A stretch of 64,000 bases of DNA from positions 192,001 through 256,000 of the forward strand of contig CAWKKR010000008.1 of the NCBI GenBank assembly GCA_963850305.1, written 5' to 3'. The position numbers and the translations under genes are program-made. The stretch comes from an uncultured delta proteobacterium (GTDB taxonomy: Bacteria; Myxococcota_A; Polyangia; Polyangiales; Polyangiaceae). Shown here in pieces: positions 29,085 through 38,639 of this stretch. The notes under the pieces are model-generated. The model worked only from the letters and a program-made list of their open reading frames with translations. It had not been told where the DNA came from and did not search any database. The stretch's first letter is position 1; the number at the start of each line of letters is the position of its first letter.

Positions 29085-30038
29085 TTACCCGGCAAAACTG
29101 TCAACGGGACTCGCCTTTTTGGGGGGGACCGTCGTCTTCGGGACCGCGCGCCAGAGCGATTCCGAACCCGCGACGGCTGCCGCAAGGTCGTCGCGGATCC
29201 GCCCCGTTTCCAGGGTTCCAGTCGCCGCCGAGGCGATCACGCACGCGGCCCGCGCGACCCGGCGCGCCCGCACGTGGTTCGCCGCCCGCGTCCCGAGCGA
29301 GAGCGACGGATCCGTCGGCGCCAGGACTTCGGTCGCGCGCTGCGCGGCCACCTTCGCGGAGTCGGCACAGCGTGTCACAAGGGCCTTGACTTCCAACGCG
29401 GGACCGAGACGCTCCGCTGTGCTCCCCGCCGCGATCCTGGCCGGCTCCGCGGGGGACTGCGGCGCGGCGAGCCAGGCGTCTCCACTTTCGGCGTGGACCG
29501 CCAGCCGGCGGGCGGTCACGCTCACGTCCAGTCGCGCGTCGCCGTACCAGACGGCTCCGAGCGGCGTGCCGAGCAGGACCTCTGCTCCAGGTCGCGCGCC
29601 GGCCGAGGTCGTCGTCGAGACGTGGCCTTCGGTCAGCAGAAATCGTTCCTCACCGCGATCACAGGGGAGCACGCGCGCAGGGCCGGCGAACGTAACCTCG
29701 CGGGAAGTTACCACGTGTTCCACGACGAGCTCGGCCGACGGTGCGATCTGGAGCCAGACTGGATGGTCGAGGACGTCGCCTGTCGCTAGCGTCGTGCCGT
29801 CGGGTCGCGTCACCCTGCCTTTCACGGAAAGCGCGCGACACGCCTTCGCCGCGACGTAGGGCGTGGCCCCGACGGAGGCGGCGGGGAGGGCCGCAGCGGC
29901 GGACCGCGCCGACGGCGGGGCCGACGCGGATGGTCGCGCCGATGCCGCGCCGGACCTCGTGGGAGCGCTCTGTTGACGTCCGCAGCAGGTGGCGACGAGG
30001 GTGACCAGGATCGGCCAGGCTCGCGCGAGTCGGTTCAC
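29085..30038 (-). CDS. Putative lipoprotein with a FecR-like beta domain
   Basis: Lipobox-like LVATCC-G, Ser/Ala linker, LATGDVL...LLTEGHV...LGTPLG pattern; GTG overlaps the upstream TGA. Confidence 0.55.
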   Translation of the reverse strand: MNRLARAWPILVTLVATCCGRQQSAPTRSGAASARPSASAPPSARSAAAALPAASVGATPYVAAKACRALSVKGRVTRPDGTTLATGDVLDHPVWLQIAPSAELVVEHVVTSREVTFAGPARVLPCDRGEERFLLTEGHVSTTTSAGARPGAEVLLGTPLGAVWYGDARLDVSVTARRLAVHAESGDAWLAAPQSPAEPARIAAGSTAERLGPALEVKALVTRCADSAKVAAQRATEVLAPTDPSLSLGTRAANHVRARRVARAACVIASAATGTLETGRIRDDLAAAVAGSESLWRAVPKTTVPPKKASPVDSFAG

Positions 30039-31419
30039 CGGGGCGACCGGATCGAGGGCGGCGCAGGCGCGGGCGCGGGCGGCAGCTTCGACGTCTGTCG
30101 ATCTTCGTCCTCTTCGGAGAAGAAGATTTCCTGGGTGACGTCCTCGGCGGCAAGCTCTTCGCGCGCTTCTCCGAGCTCGCGGCTCGTGTCCGCGAGACGG
30201 TCGGCGAGCACGCCGAGGAACTGCCACAGGAGCTTCACGGCTAGCTGGTGTTCGTTGCGGAGGATCTCGAAAAATCCGAGCGGCGAATGAGCATCAGCTC
30301 GCTCTTGCCGCTGGACTTGACCGTCGCCGAGCGCGGCTGACTCCGGATGAGCGCCATCTCGCCGAAGTGTTCGCCCGGCGACAGGCTCGTGAGCTTCGCG
30401 TCCCCGCGCATGACGTCGACCGTGCCCTCGAGCACGATGAAGAGCTCCTCGCCACGCTCGCCCTGCGTGATGACGGTCCCACCGTCCGTGTAGGTCGCGA
30501 CGTCGGTCACCTGGAGGACGCGCAAGATTTCACGGTCGTTGAGCGGGCGGAACAGCGGCATGCGCGCGAGGAGCTCGCGCTTGAGCTGCAGCTTCTTCGC
30601 GCGACCCTCATCCCGCGCGCCGGCTTCGCCCACCATGACGAGGACGGCCGTGATGTTGTCACTGCCGCCGCGCTCGTTCGCCGTGTCGATGAGCTTCTTC
30701 ACCGCGACGTTGGCGTCGGGCTCGGCAAGCCCGCTCGTGAGGCCCGGGAGATCGTCCTCGAAATACTGACTGAGCCCGTCCGAACAGAGCAGGAATCGAT
30801 CCCCGTCGGTGACGTCGACGACGAGGCTGTCGGGCTCGCAGTGCTCGTAGACGCCGACGGCCCGTGTGATGGCGTTCTTCGGCGCGAGCTTCTCGACTTG
30901 CTCGCGCGTCATCTTCTTGCGCTTGATGAGCTCGTTGTAAACGTTGTGATCTTCGGTGACCTGCTCGATCGCGCCCTCCCGCAGGTGGTACACGCGGCTG
31001 TCGCCCACATGGACGATGAACGCCTGGTTTCCCGCGAAGAGGATCCCGACGATCGTCGTGCCCATGCCGCGCTTCTTCTCGTCCTTGGCGGCCTCGGCGT
31101 GGACGCGGCTCGATGCGCGGTTGACGGCGAACTCGAGCATGTTGAGGATGTCGCGCTTGCTGACCAGATCCGCGCCCTTCTTCCCCGCCACGTAGTCGTC
31201 GAGGAGGCCCTTCTCCTTCTTGACCTCGTCATGGACGGTCCGGACGGCGAGGGCGCTCGCCACCTCCCCCGCGGCGTGACCGCCCATGCCGTCACATACG
31301 ACGAAGAGCCCCAGCTTCTTGTCGACGAGGAAATTGTCCTCGTTATGCTCCCTCTTCCGTCCGACGTCCGTCAGCGCGGCGAAGTCGATGCGAATCTGTA
31401 GCCACAACCCCCGCACCAT
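30035..31419 (-). CDS. PP2C (Stp1-type) Ser/Thr phosphatase fused to a C-terminal cyclic-nucleotide-binding domain; 1-nt frameshift near 30272
   Basis: TDVGRKREHNED, VCDGMGGH, HVGDSR, LCSDGL, GGSDNIT; cNMP motif GEHFGEMAL...PRSATV; C-terminus (EILRNEHQLAVKLLWQFL) continues in another frame after a T-run. Confidence 0.88.
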
Positions 31420-31475
31420 AACCGAAGCGGCAACCCTTCCGCCATACGCTTACTGCGGCAGCTACTGCGGCACCC

Positions 31476-31527
31476 TCCCGTCCCCGTCCCCGTCCCCGTC
31501 CCCGTCCCCGTCCCCGTCCCCGTCCCG
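31476..31527. repeat. (TCCCCG)7 microsatellite
   Basis: Seven perfect hexamers at 31481-31522 with partial flanking units. Confidence 0.95.
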
Positions 31528-31560
31528 GACCCGGAGGTGCGAGAACCGGGTCCCCCTCCT

Positions 31561-32253
31561 CTACCCGTGTCGAGCGAACCCCCCTAGCTCGCGCAGGGAC
31601 GTCGCGCCGCCGCGGGCGACGACGACGTGGTCGAGGAGTTCGATCCCGACCGCCTCGCACGCGACGGCAAGGGCGGCGGTCATGCGCGCGTCTTCCGCGC
31701 TCGGCGTCGGATCTCCGCTCGGATGATTGTGGAGCAAGATGATCGCCGCCGCGCCGTCACGCACGGCGGGACGGAGCACGTCCCTCGGCGTCAGCGCGCA
31801 ACCGTGAACTCCACCCTGCGCGACGCGCATCGCGGCGCGGAGCCCGTTTCGGCCGTCGAGAGCGAGGAGCCACACCTCCTCGTGCTCGAGCGTCGCAAGC
31901 CGCGGCCTCGCCCATGCGACGACGGAGTCGAACGACACGATCGACTCACGACGTTCTGCCAGCGAATGCTCCGCGGCGCGCCGCCCGAGCTCGAGCGCGG
32001 CCAGGATGCGAACGGCCTTTGCCGGACCGATCCCGCGCCTCGTCGCGAGACCGTGTCCGCCTTGACGGAGCAGGCCCCCGATTCCGCCGCTGGTGTCCAG
32101 GATCCGCGATGCGACGCCGACGGCCGACTCCCCTTCAGCGCCCGTTCCGATGAGCAGTGCGAGCAGGTCCGCATCTGCAAAGCCGTCCAGGCCGTGCAGG
32201 AGTGCGCGCTCGCGCAATCTGGGTTTGGGGCGCTCTTCCTCGGCGGGCACCAT
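31561..32253 (-). CDS. radC: RadC family JAB-domain protein
   Basis: RERAL...DLLALLIGTG, GIGPAKA...ALELGRR, LHNHPSGDPTPSAED, LLDHVVV. Confidence 0.92.
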   Translation of the reverse strand: MVPAEEERPKPRLRERALLHGLDGFADADLLALLIGTGAEGESAVGVASRILDTSGGIGGLLRQGGHGLATRRGIGPAKAVRILAALELGRRAAEHSLAERRESIVSFDSVVAWARPRLATLEHEEVWLLALDGRNGLRAAMRVAQGGVHGCALTPRDVLRPAVRDGAAAIILLHNHPSGDPTPSAEDARMTAALAVACEAVGIELLDHVVVARGGATSLRELGGFARHG

Positions 32254-32267
32254 CTGTGTGGGGACGT

Positions 32268-32284
32268 TGCACGCTCCGTACCGG
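32268..32284 (-). promoter_or_regulatory. Possible sigma-54 (-24/-12) promoter for radC
   Basis: Minus strand reads CCGGTACGGAGCGTGCA (GG-N10-GC; consensus YTGGCACG-N4-TTGCW), ending 14 nt before the ATG. Confidence 0.35.
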
Positions 32285-32386
32285 CGCGTTTCGCCGCGTC
32301 ACGCCCGCGCACCCGGACTGGCGACCGCGAAGGTCGCCGGGCGTTCGCCAGGAGCCCCGCGCCGGAGACGCCGGACCTCGCAGACG

Positions 32387-33127
32387 CTACTCGACGGCCT
32401 GGGGTTCGCCCTCGGGCAGCAGCGAGACGAACTCCCGGACGGCCGCGTCCGCCTTGGCCGCGTCCGTCGCGTCGAAGGTGATCTTGGTCTTGTATCGCGG
32501 CTCGAACCACTTCGGATACGAACCGACATCGACGTCCGGGTGATGCGTCACCACGCGATCGAGGAGCGGCTTGAGATCCGGCTCGTCCATCTTGGTGAGC
32601 ACCTGTCGCGTGACGAAGCGCACCGTGCCGCGGACACGGTCGCGCACGACGGCGAGCTTCATCCGAAACGCTTCGGGGACGCCGGGGAGTACCCAGACGT
32701 TTTTCATGAGCACGGTCGGCCAGCGCGTTTCCTCGTGGCTCACGAGCTCCGCGCCTTCGGGGACGAGGGCCATCCGAAGGTGTCCGTCCGTCATGCGCTC
32801 ACCATAGACCGCATGCAGCAACCGCTCGAACTCCGGGTGCACGACGGCGCGAACGCCGAACGCGCGCGCGACGGCCTCGAGCGTGATATCGTCGTGAGTC
32901 GGCCCCACGCCACCGCTCGTGAAGACGACGTCATAGGCGTCCGAAAGGGCGCGGACCTCGTTCGCAATGACGTCCATCTCGTCGGGCACCATCACGACGC
33001 GGCGGAGCCTCACTCCGACTGCGCGCAGCGTCCGCGCGAGCTCGACCAGGTTCGCTTCGTGGACCTTGCCCGTCAGAAGCTCGTTGCCGACGAGGAGCGC
33101 CGCGGCGGTGTTCACCGGCTCCGGCAT
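32387..33127 (-). CDS. CinA-like / molybdopterin-binding domain protein
   Basis: VGNELLTG...EAN, VPDE, TSGGVGPTHDDIT, LPGVP. Confidence 0.88.
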   Translation of the reverse strand: MPEPVNTAAALLVGNELLTGKVHEANLVELARTLRAVGVRLRRVVMVPDEMDVIANEVRALSDAYDVVFTSGGVGPTHDDITLEAVARAFGVRAVVHPEFERLLHAVYGERMTDGHLRMALVPEGAELVSHEETRWPTVLMKNVWVLPGVPEAFRMKLAVVRDRVRGTVRFVTRQVLTKMDEPDLKPLLDRVVTHHPDVDVGSYPKWFEPRYKTKITFDATDAAKADAAVREFVSLLPEGEPQAVE

Positions 33128-33129
33128 CG

Positions 33130-33408
33130 TCACTCGACGTCCAGCTCGCGGACCACGGGGTTTCCGTCAGCGTCGACCGCCAGCAGCTCTTCGACTCGCT
33201 TTTCCGCCCGGTCGAGCGTGCCCTGAGACGACCGCGCGAGCTTCACCCCCTCCTCGAAGAGTGCGAGCGACTCCTCGAGCGGCAACTCGCCGCTCTCGAG
33301 GCTCTCGACGATCTCTCCGAGCCGGCGGATGGAGTCCTCGAAGGATGGCGACGCTTTGTCGGGCGCGCCCTTCGAGACGGGGTCGGAAGCTTGGGGCGCT
33401 CGTCTCAT
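33130..33408 (-). CDS. xseB: Exodeoxyribonuclease VII small subunit
   Basis: SFEDSIRRLGEIVESLESGELPLEESLALFEEGVKL...LDRAEKRV. Confidence 0.93.
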   Translation of the reverse strand: MRRAPQASDPVSKGAPDKASPSFEDSIRRLGEIVESLESGELPLEESLALFEEGVKLARSSQGTLDRAEKRVEELLAVDADGNPVVRELDVE

Positions 33409-35417
33409 CGGGGTCGACCTTTCGAGACAGGTTTGTCGGCCTGGCGTGCGAGTGCAACCCGAACAGCGATGGGGCCTCGCGGCAGGCCCGGCGCGACCGC
33501 AAGGCCGTCGGGCCCGGTCGCAAGCGGCAGCACGAGGCCACCCGGTACCAGCACGTCGAAGGTCGGGGCTCCGGGACTCCCCTTGCGGTCTCCCGCTTCC
33601 GGAAGCCACAGGACCTGATCGCCGGTCGCGAGCGGCGGCAATCGTTCGCCGGACAGGGCGCGGCGAGCGACGGTGCGCACCGTCTCGTCGGTATCGAACG
33701 TCGCGGCAAAGTTCAGCACGCGCGTTCGGGGAGACTCGGAGCGCATCGACAGGGCACGGACGATCGCCGCGCGGACGTCCGGGTCCGTTTCGAAGCGGTA
33801 CGCGCTCTCGAGCCGTCCGATGGCATCGGCATCCGGACTTCGCCCGAGCCCGAGAGCCGCGTGCGCTCGGATGAAAGGGTCGCTGCTCTTCAGGAGCGCG
33901 TCGACGGTGTCGCGTGATTCCGGTTCGTCGCGTGCCGCAACCGCCCGCGCGGCGAGCGCGGCTCCCGGACCGCCCGCGTCGATCAAGGCCATCAGCGCGG
34001 CGTTCGTGGCCACGTCCTCCGCCTCCGGAAGGACGAGCGCGAGCGCGAGCGCATCGCGCGTGGCGCCGCTCGTGTCAGACAATCGCCGGGCGGCGTCCAC
34101 GGCCGCGCTCGCGGGCGCGACGAGGAGGCACGCCGCGGCGCCCTGGACGACGCTCTCGTCCGGGGACGACAGAAGCTCCGCAACACGAGCGGGGTGGATG
34201 GCCGCGAGCACCGCGGCTCCCGCGGCCCGGTCCGTCGGGTCGCTGCTCGCGGCGAGATTCGCCGCGACGATGTCCAGGTGGGACAAGGTCTCGCCCGTGA
34301 CGGCGCGACGCACGACGCCGGCGCGCGCCGCGAGTCGCCGCGTCGCGGGCGCTTCGAGTGCCCGCTCGAGGGCGCGGGTTGCACCGTCGTCGTGCATCCT
34401 GGCAAGCGCGTTCGCGGCGAACGGGCCTTCCCTCGGATCCGTCAGGAGCGACGTCAGGGTGCGAATTGCGGCCGTCCCGCCTGCCCGACCCAGTGCTGTT
34501 ACCAGCTCGGTCGCCCGATCGCCGGTGGCCGTCGGGAGAAGCCGCGACATTTCGTCGGCGAGGGCCGGCGAGGGGTACCCGAGCGCGAGGGTCGCCCCGG
34601 CGCTCGACGTGCTGGGATCCCGAAGGAGCGCGCCAATCGCGTCGGCTGCTTCGGGGGCGTGAGCGAGCGCGAAGATCGTCGCAGCCGCCAGGCGGAGCGG
34701 AGTGGGTTCGCTCGGCTCGCGCCAGCGCCGCGCGACCTGGACGGTCTCGAAATCGCCGAGGTGCGTGAGCGCGATTGCCGCCTGAGCGGCGAGCTCGGGT
34801 GGGGTCGTCCGGACGATGTCGCGGAGGATGGTGAATGCGCGCTGATCGCCGAGCTCATCCAGGGCGGCGACGAGGCCGGAGCTCACGACACGGGCGCCGT
34901 CCACGACGGGCGCGAGCGTGCGGGGGGGATACGCGAGGAGCGCGGCGAGCGCGACGTGGACTTCGCGGTCATTGCCCTCGAGCGCCTTCCCGAGGGCGGC
35001 GAGCGCGTCGGGCGTTCCCGCACGTGCGAGTCCGACCGCAGCCGTCGCTTGCGCGAGCTGGTCCAGCGCGTCGCGCGTCGTGGCGGTCACGGCATGGCCG
35101 CCGAGAACGCGGACCAGCGACCGGCGAGCGGTCGGCGAGTCCGTGCGCTCGACCAGAGCTCGCACCGCGACCAGGCGCTCCTCGGACGACACGGCTTTCG
35201 TGCCGGGTTCGAGCGTCGTGGTGAGTAGCTCGAGTGCGAGCGGCGTTCCTATCGAGCGGAGCCGTTCGAGCCCCTGGAGTCGATCCTCGAGCGAATCGGA
35301 CGCGAGAAGCAGCTCGGCAGCGTGGGTTCCGATGCGCGAACCGAGCGAGCCTCCGGCGCTCGCCGTCGCCGCGGCGAACATCACGATCGCCGTCAGGGAG
35401 CACGCGCGGCGATTCAC
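33405..35417 (-). CDS. Exported HEAT-repeat protein
   Basis: Signal peptide; Ala/Leu-rich helical repeats (DPFIRAHAALGLG, DPDVRAAIVRAL); overlaps neighbours by 4 nt. Confidence 0.75.
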   Translation of the reverse strand: MNRRACSLTAIVMFAAATASAGGSLGSRIGTHAAELLLASDSLEDRLQGLERLRSIGTPLALELLTTTLEPGTKAVSSEERLVAVRALVERTDSPTARRSLVRVLGGHAVTATTRDALDQLAQATAAVGLARAGTPDALAALGKALEGNDREVHVALAALLAYPPRTLAPVVDGARVVSSGLVAALDELGDQRAFTILRDIVRTTPPELAAQAAIALTHLGDFETVQVARRWREPSEPTPLRLAAATIFALAHAPEAADAIGALLRDPSTSSAGATLALGYPSPALADEMSRLLPTATGDRATELVTALGRAGGTAAIRTLTSLLTDPREGPFAANALARMHDDGATRALERALEAPATRRLAARAGVVRRAVTGETLSHLDIVAANLAASSDPTDRAAGAAVLAAIHPARVAELLSSPDESVVQGAAACLLVAPASAAVDAARRLSDTSGATRDALALALVLPEAEDVATNAALMALIDAGGPGAALAARAVAARDEPESRDTVDALLKSSDPFIRAHAALGLGRSPDADAIGRLESAYRFETDPDVRAAIVRALSMRSESPRTRVLNFAATFDTDETVRTVARRALSGERLPPLATGDQVLWLPEAGDRKGSPGAPTFDVLVPGGLVLPLATGPDGLAVAPGLPRGPIAVRVALARQADKPVSKGRPR

Positions 35418-37303
35418 GGCGCGGCTTTCGGCGTCATCACGAGGACGCCGATCCCGCTCTGTTGCGCGCCGACGAGGTCTTTGACGGCGCCCCAACCCAA
35501 ACTTTCAACCGCTCGATCCCGATGAATCAATCTGCGGAGCGACGTTGCGATCGCGAAGGCCCGATTCAGGGACGTCTGGACTCCCTCGGGTGTGTTCGCG
35601 ACGGGGCGAACGCCAATGCCCGCGATCCACGTCGGGTGTTCATCGAGCATTTCGCCGAGCGCTCTCAGGGTCGGCAACGACGCGGGGTCGAGCGTGTCCC
35701 CGCGGAGCCGGAGCGGCATGCGGAACCGGAGCGTCGGGCCCGCCTTGCCTTCCGCCACGGTCAGCAAGGGGACGCCCTTCCTGTCTTCGGGGCAACCATC
35801 TTCGTCATCGACGCCGTTGAAGTTTTCCGCCGCCGCGGGGCACTTGTCGACCTTGTCGTCGAACGTGTCGCCATCGTGATCGAGATGGGGGCAGCCATTG
35901 AGCTCCGGAGACGGACTGGGCTCACCCCTTTGATTCGGACAGTGGTCTGCCGCGTCGAGGATGCCGTCGCCATCGTTGTCCGGATCGGGACAGCCATCGC
36001 GGTCGCGGAAGCCGTCGCGATCCTCCGGCAAGTTGGGGCACGAGTCCTGCTTGCCGACCACGCCGTCGTGATCCGGATCGGGATCGGGGCACCCGGCGTG
36101 CGGGCCGGTCGGTGGCCCCTTCTCGTTCGGACACCTGTCTACCGCGTCGAGGATGCCGTCGCCATCGTTGTCGGGGTCGGGACAGCCGTCGTCGTCCTGA
36201 AAACCGTCCGTGTCTTCTTTCTCGGTGGGGCAACGATCGCTGTCGTCCGGAACGCCGTCGTCGTCGTTGTCGAAATCCGGGCAACCGTCCTGGTCCTGGA
36301 ATCCATCTCGGTCTTCCGGGAGCTCGGGGCACTGATCGGCGTCGTCCTCGATGCCGTCGCCATCGGCATCCTCGAAGCGCGGCGCGTAGTCGAGAGCGAC
36401 CACGGGTCGCACGAGTGGATCTCCGATGGCGCGATTGATCGGGAACTCCGCGCCGAACAGCGCGGACCAGCTCTTCACGAGATAGCGCGCCGACAGCGCG
36501 CCGAGAACCGGGGACTGCGGGCCCGCGGCGAAGCTCGGCGTGAGAGCGACGGCGCCGTGGGCCTCGGCCGTCCAGCGCCAGTGTCCTCCTCGATCCATGC
36601 CCAAGGCCTGGGGGCGAACGGTGACGCCCGCGCCCCAGGGAAGATCGTCACCGAAACGGGAAGTGTCGGTCCCATCGTGTACCCAGGTTTCTTCGGCGCC
36701 CCGCAGGTGAAAGCCCGCCGCGGCGCGGACCGTGACGGCGAGGAGATCCAGCTCGCCGAGCGCGCGGAGATCGGCGCTCACGACGCGGTCGCTGACGTAC
36801 GAACGCGAGTTCGTCGGAATGTACACGCGTCCGATCGCAGCGACCCCTAGACCGCCGAAGTTCGAGGGCGAAAGGATCGTCTTCTTTCCTTCGAGGGCGA
36901 TCGAACCGATCGCGGTGTGTGGAAGCGGAGTGCTGCCGGGAAGGAGCGCCGTCACGTCGTTGCCGGTCTGGTAGACGACGGTCGGCACCACGAGCGAGAC
37001 GCCCCAGGTTTTCCCGAGCCCGACGTTCGCGTAGTAATCGATCGAGAACTGGTGTTCTATGACGCGACCAGCCACGTTGCCACTGGGTGCGTCGAGAACG
37101 ACCGGCGAGAGCGCATACGACGCATACGCACCGACATTGGCGTTTCCGGGTCCCGGTGTAGCCGCGGGTTCGACATAGAGGAATCCGCCGGGATCCGTCG
37201 GCGGATGAAAGGCGCGCAGGTCGAGCGAGGGCACGGGATCCGCCGCGATCGCAGAGCCGCCGCTCGTCAGTACGACGCCGAGGAGCCATCCGCGAAGGCG
37301 CAT
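35414..37303 (-). CDS. TraB-like outer-membrane protein: beta-barrel, thrombospondin type-3 repeats, degenerate OmpA-like domain
   Basis: Signal peptide; multiple DxDxDGxxDxxDxCP / EDxDGFxDxDGCP repeats; C-terminal LDPASLPTLRALGEML...SLNRA. Confidence 0.8.
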   Translation of the reverse strand: MRLRGWLLGVVLTSGGSAIAADPVPSLDLRAFHPPTDPGGFLYVEPAATPGPGNANVGAYASYALSPVVLDAPSGNVAGRVIEHQFSIDYYANVGLGKTWGVSLVVPTVVYQTGNDVTALLPGSTPLPHTAIGSIALEGKKTILSPSNFGGLGVAAIGRVYIPTNSRSYVSDRVVSADLRALGELDLLAVTVRAAAGFHLRGAEETWVHDGTDTSRFGDDLPWGAGVTVRPQALGMDRGGHWRWTAEAHGAVALTPSFAAGPQSPVLGALSARYLVKSWSALFGAEFPINRAIGDPLVRPVVALDYAPRFEDADGDGIEDDADQCPELPEDRDGFQDQDGCPDFDNDDDGVPDDSDRCPTEKEDTDGFQDDDGCPDPDNDGDGILDAVDRCPNEKGPPTGPHAGCPDPDPDHDGVVGKQDSCPNLPEDRDGFRDRDGCPDPDNDGDGILDAADHCPNQRGEPSPSPELNGCPHLDHDGDTFDDKVDKCPAAAENFNGVDDEDGCPEDRKGVPLLTVAEGKAGPTLRFRMPLRLRGDTLDPASLPTLRALGEMLDEHPTWIAGIGVRPVANTPEGVQTSLNRAFAIATSLRRLIHRDRAVESLGWGAVKDLVGAQQSGIGVLVMTPKAAP

Positions 37304-37447
37304 CGCGTGACAGTACAGCGAAACGAGATTTGGCCCACACCGCATTCGGCGGGTCGCGCCTGCCAACCTCGGACTTCGGTTACGAACAGGGGGAGAGGTT
37401 CATTCGCTCGAACGCGTCGGATCGCGTGTGACGAAGGACGCATCGAT

Positions 37448-37726
37448 TCATCGCGCGAGTGTCGTCGGCGAGACGCCACGTAAACAGATCGCCACGACCA
37501 GGATCTGCAACCCGGCTCCCCAGAGGATGCCCGAACGCGTCGATGGCTTGCTGCGACGGTAGACGAGCGCGACCAGCAGGAGGCCACCCACCACGCCCAT
37601 CAGCACGCCGAGCAGGAAACTGCCTCGGTCCGTCTCCTCCGCCGAGGGGCGAGCCCCGGCGTTCGCGGGAACGTCGACGGCAAGGGGCGCTGCGACGACA
37701 TCCTCGTCCTGGTCGGTGTCGGCCAT
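37448..37726 (-). CDS. Small two-helix membrane protein
   Basis: 92 aa with GSFLLGVLMGVVGGLLLVALVY and GILWGAGLQILVVAICL. Confidence 0.5.
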   Translation of the reverse strand: MADTDQDEDVVAAPLAVDVPANAGARPSAEETDRGSFLLGVLMGVVGGLLLVALVYRRSKPSTRSGILWGAGLQILVVAICLRGVSPTTLAR

Positions 37727-37826
37727 CGTCGCGAGAAGAGTACCCCAGGTGGGGCCCCGTTCAGTCGCGTAGCGAGCTGCGGGGGCGGGTACGCCCCCTT
37801 GGCAATAGTGCTACCCTCGCCGGTCG

Positions 37827-38639
37827 ATGAGTCTGAGAGACACTCTGATCTTCGCGGCGCTCGCCATGATGGTGAGCAGCGCCCGCGCGGCACCGCCGAA
37901 TAGAGGCGGTTCCAGAGCACATGGCCGTGCCAGGTCGCCGAAGGCGGCGACGCCCCCGGACGAGAACCCGTACGCCGACGCTCTGGCGACACCGCCTGCT
38001 CCGGCAACCGCCCCGTCTGCGGCCGCAAATGCGGCTCCCTCCGCGGACGCCACCGCGTCGACTTCGTCCGGTGACGCGAAGCTCGATGCGCCGCCGCCGG
38101 CGCAGACTGCGGCGCAAACGGGCCCGAAGCCGTCTCCGCTGAACCCCGAGCCACCGGAGTCGCCGGGCGTCGCACCGCCTCGGAGCGCCGCGTCGCTGGA
38201 CCAGTTGATCTCCGACGTCGCCGCGCTGCGTGCTCGCGTCGCCGCTCTCACGACGTCCCTCTTTTCGAGCAAGCTCAAGATTTACGTTCACGCGGACGGC
38301 GACGACGCGCGCGTGCAGTCCTTCGTCGTCACGCTCGACGACGGTGTCGTCTTTCACGGGGACACCGGGTTCACCGCGGACGACGAGAAGGTCGTTTACG
38401 AGCACGCGGTCGCGCCGGGCAATCACGTTGTCGGCATCCAGATCGAACGCGCGGACGCCCGCGGGGCCGCGTTCAAGACGTGGCAGACGACCCGATTTTC
38501 GATCCAGGTACCCGAACGCAAAGAGCTCGAGGCGATCGTCGTGGTGACGGACGACTCGAACATGGCGAAGGACTTTCCCGGCGACCAGGACGGGAAATAC
38601 CAGCTCTCCATCCGTCTTCGCGCCAAGGTCGCCGAGTAA
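37827..38639 (+). CDS. Exported protein with Pro/Ala linker, coiled coil and beta-sandwich; first gene of the TPR operon
   Basis: Signal peptide ending SSARA; LDQLISDVAALRARV; VTLDDG...VAPGNHVV; stop overlaps the next ATG. Confidence 0.7.
   Translation: MSLRDTLIFAALAMMVSSARAAPPNRGGSRAHGRARSPKAATPPDENPYADALATPPAPATAPSAAANAAPSADATASTSSGDAKLDAPPPAQTAAQTGPKPSPLNPEPPESPGVAPPRSAASLDQLISDVAALRARVAALTTSLFSSKLKIYVHADGDDARVQSFVVTLDDGVVFHGDTGFTADDEKVVYEHAVAPGNHVVGIQIERADARGAAFKTWQTTRFSIQVPERKELEAIVVVTDDSNMAKDFPGDQDGKYQLSIRLRAKVAE

Noticed and set aside
30260..30285. Programmed frameshifting in the PP2C, dnaK or HTH genes
   Set aside because: The indels fall mostly in short base runs inside conserved domains with no shared slippery-site design; sequencing error is simpler.
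31343..31660. Poly-GR or poly-PS ORFs
   Set aside because: They are translations of the TCCCCG microsatellite and overlap real genes.
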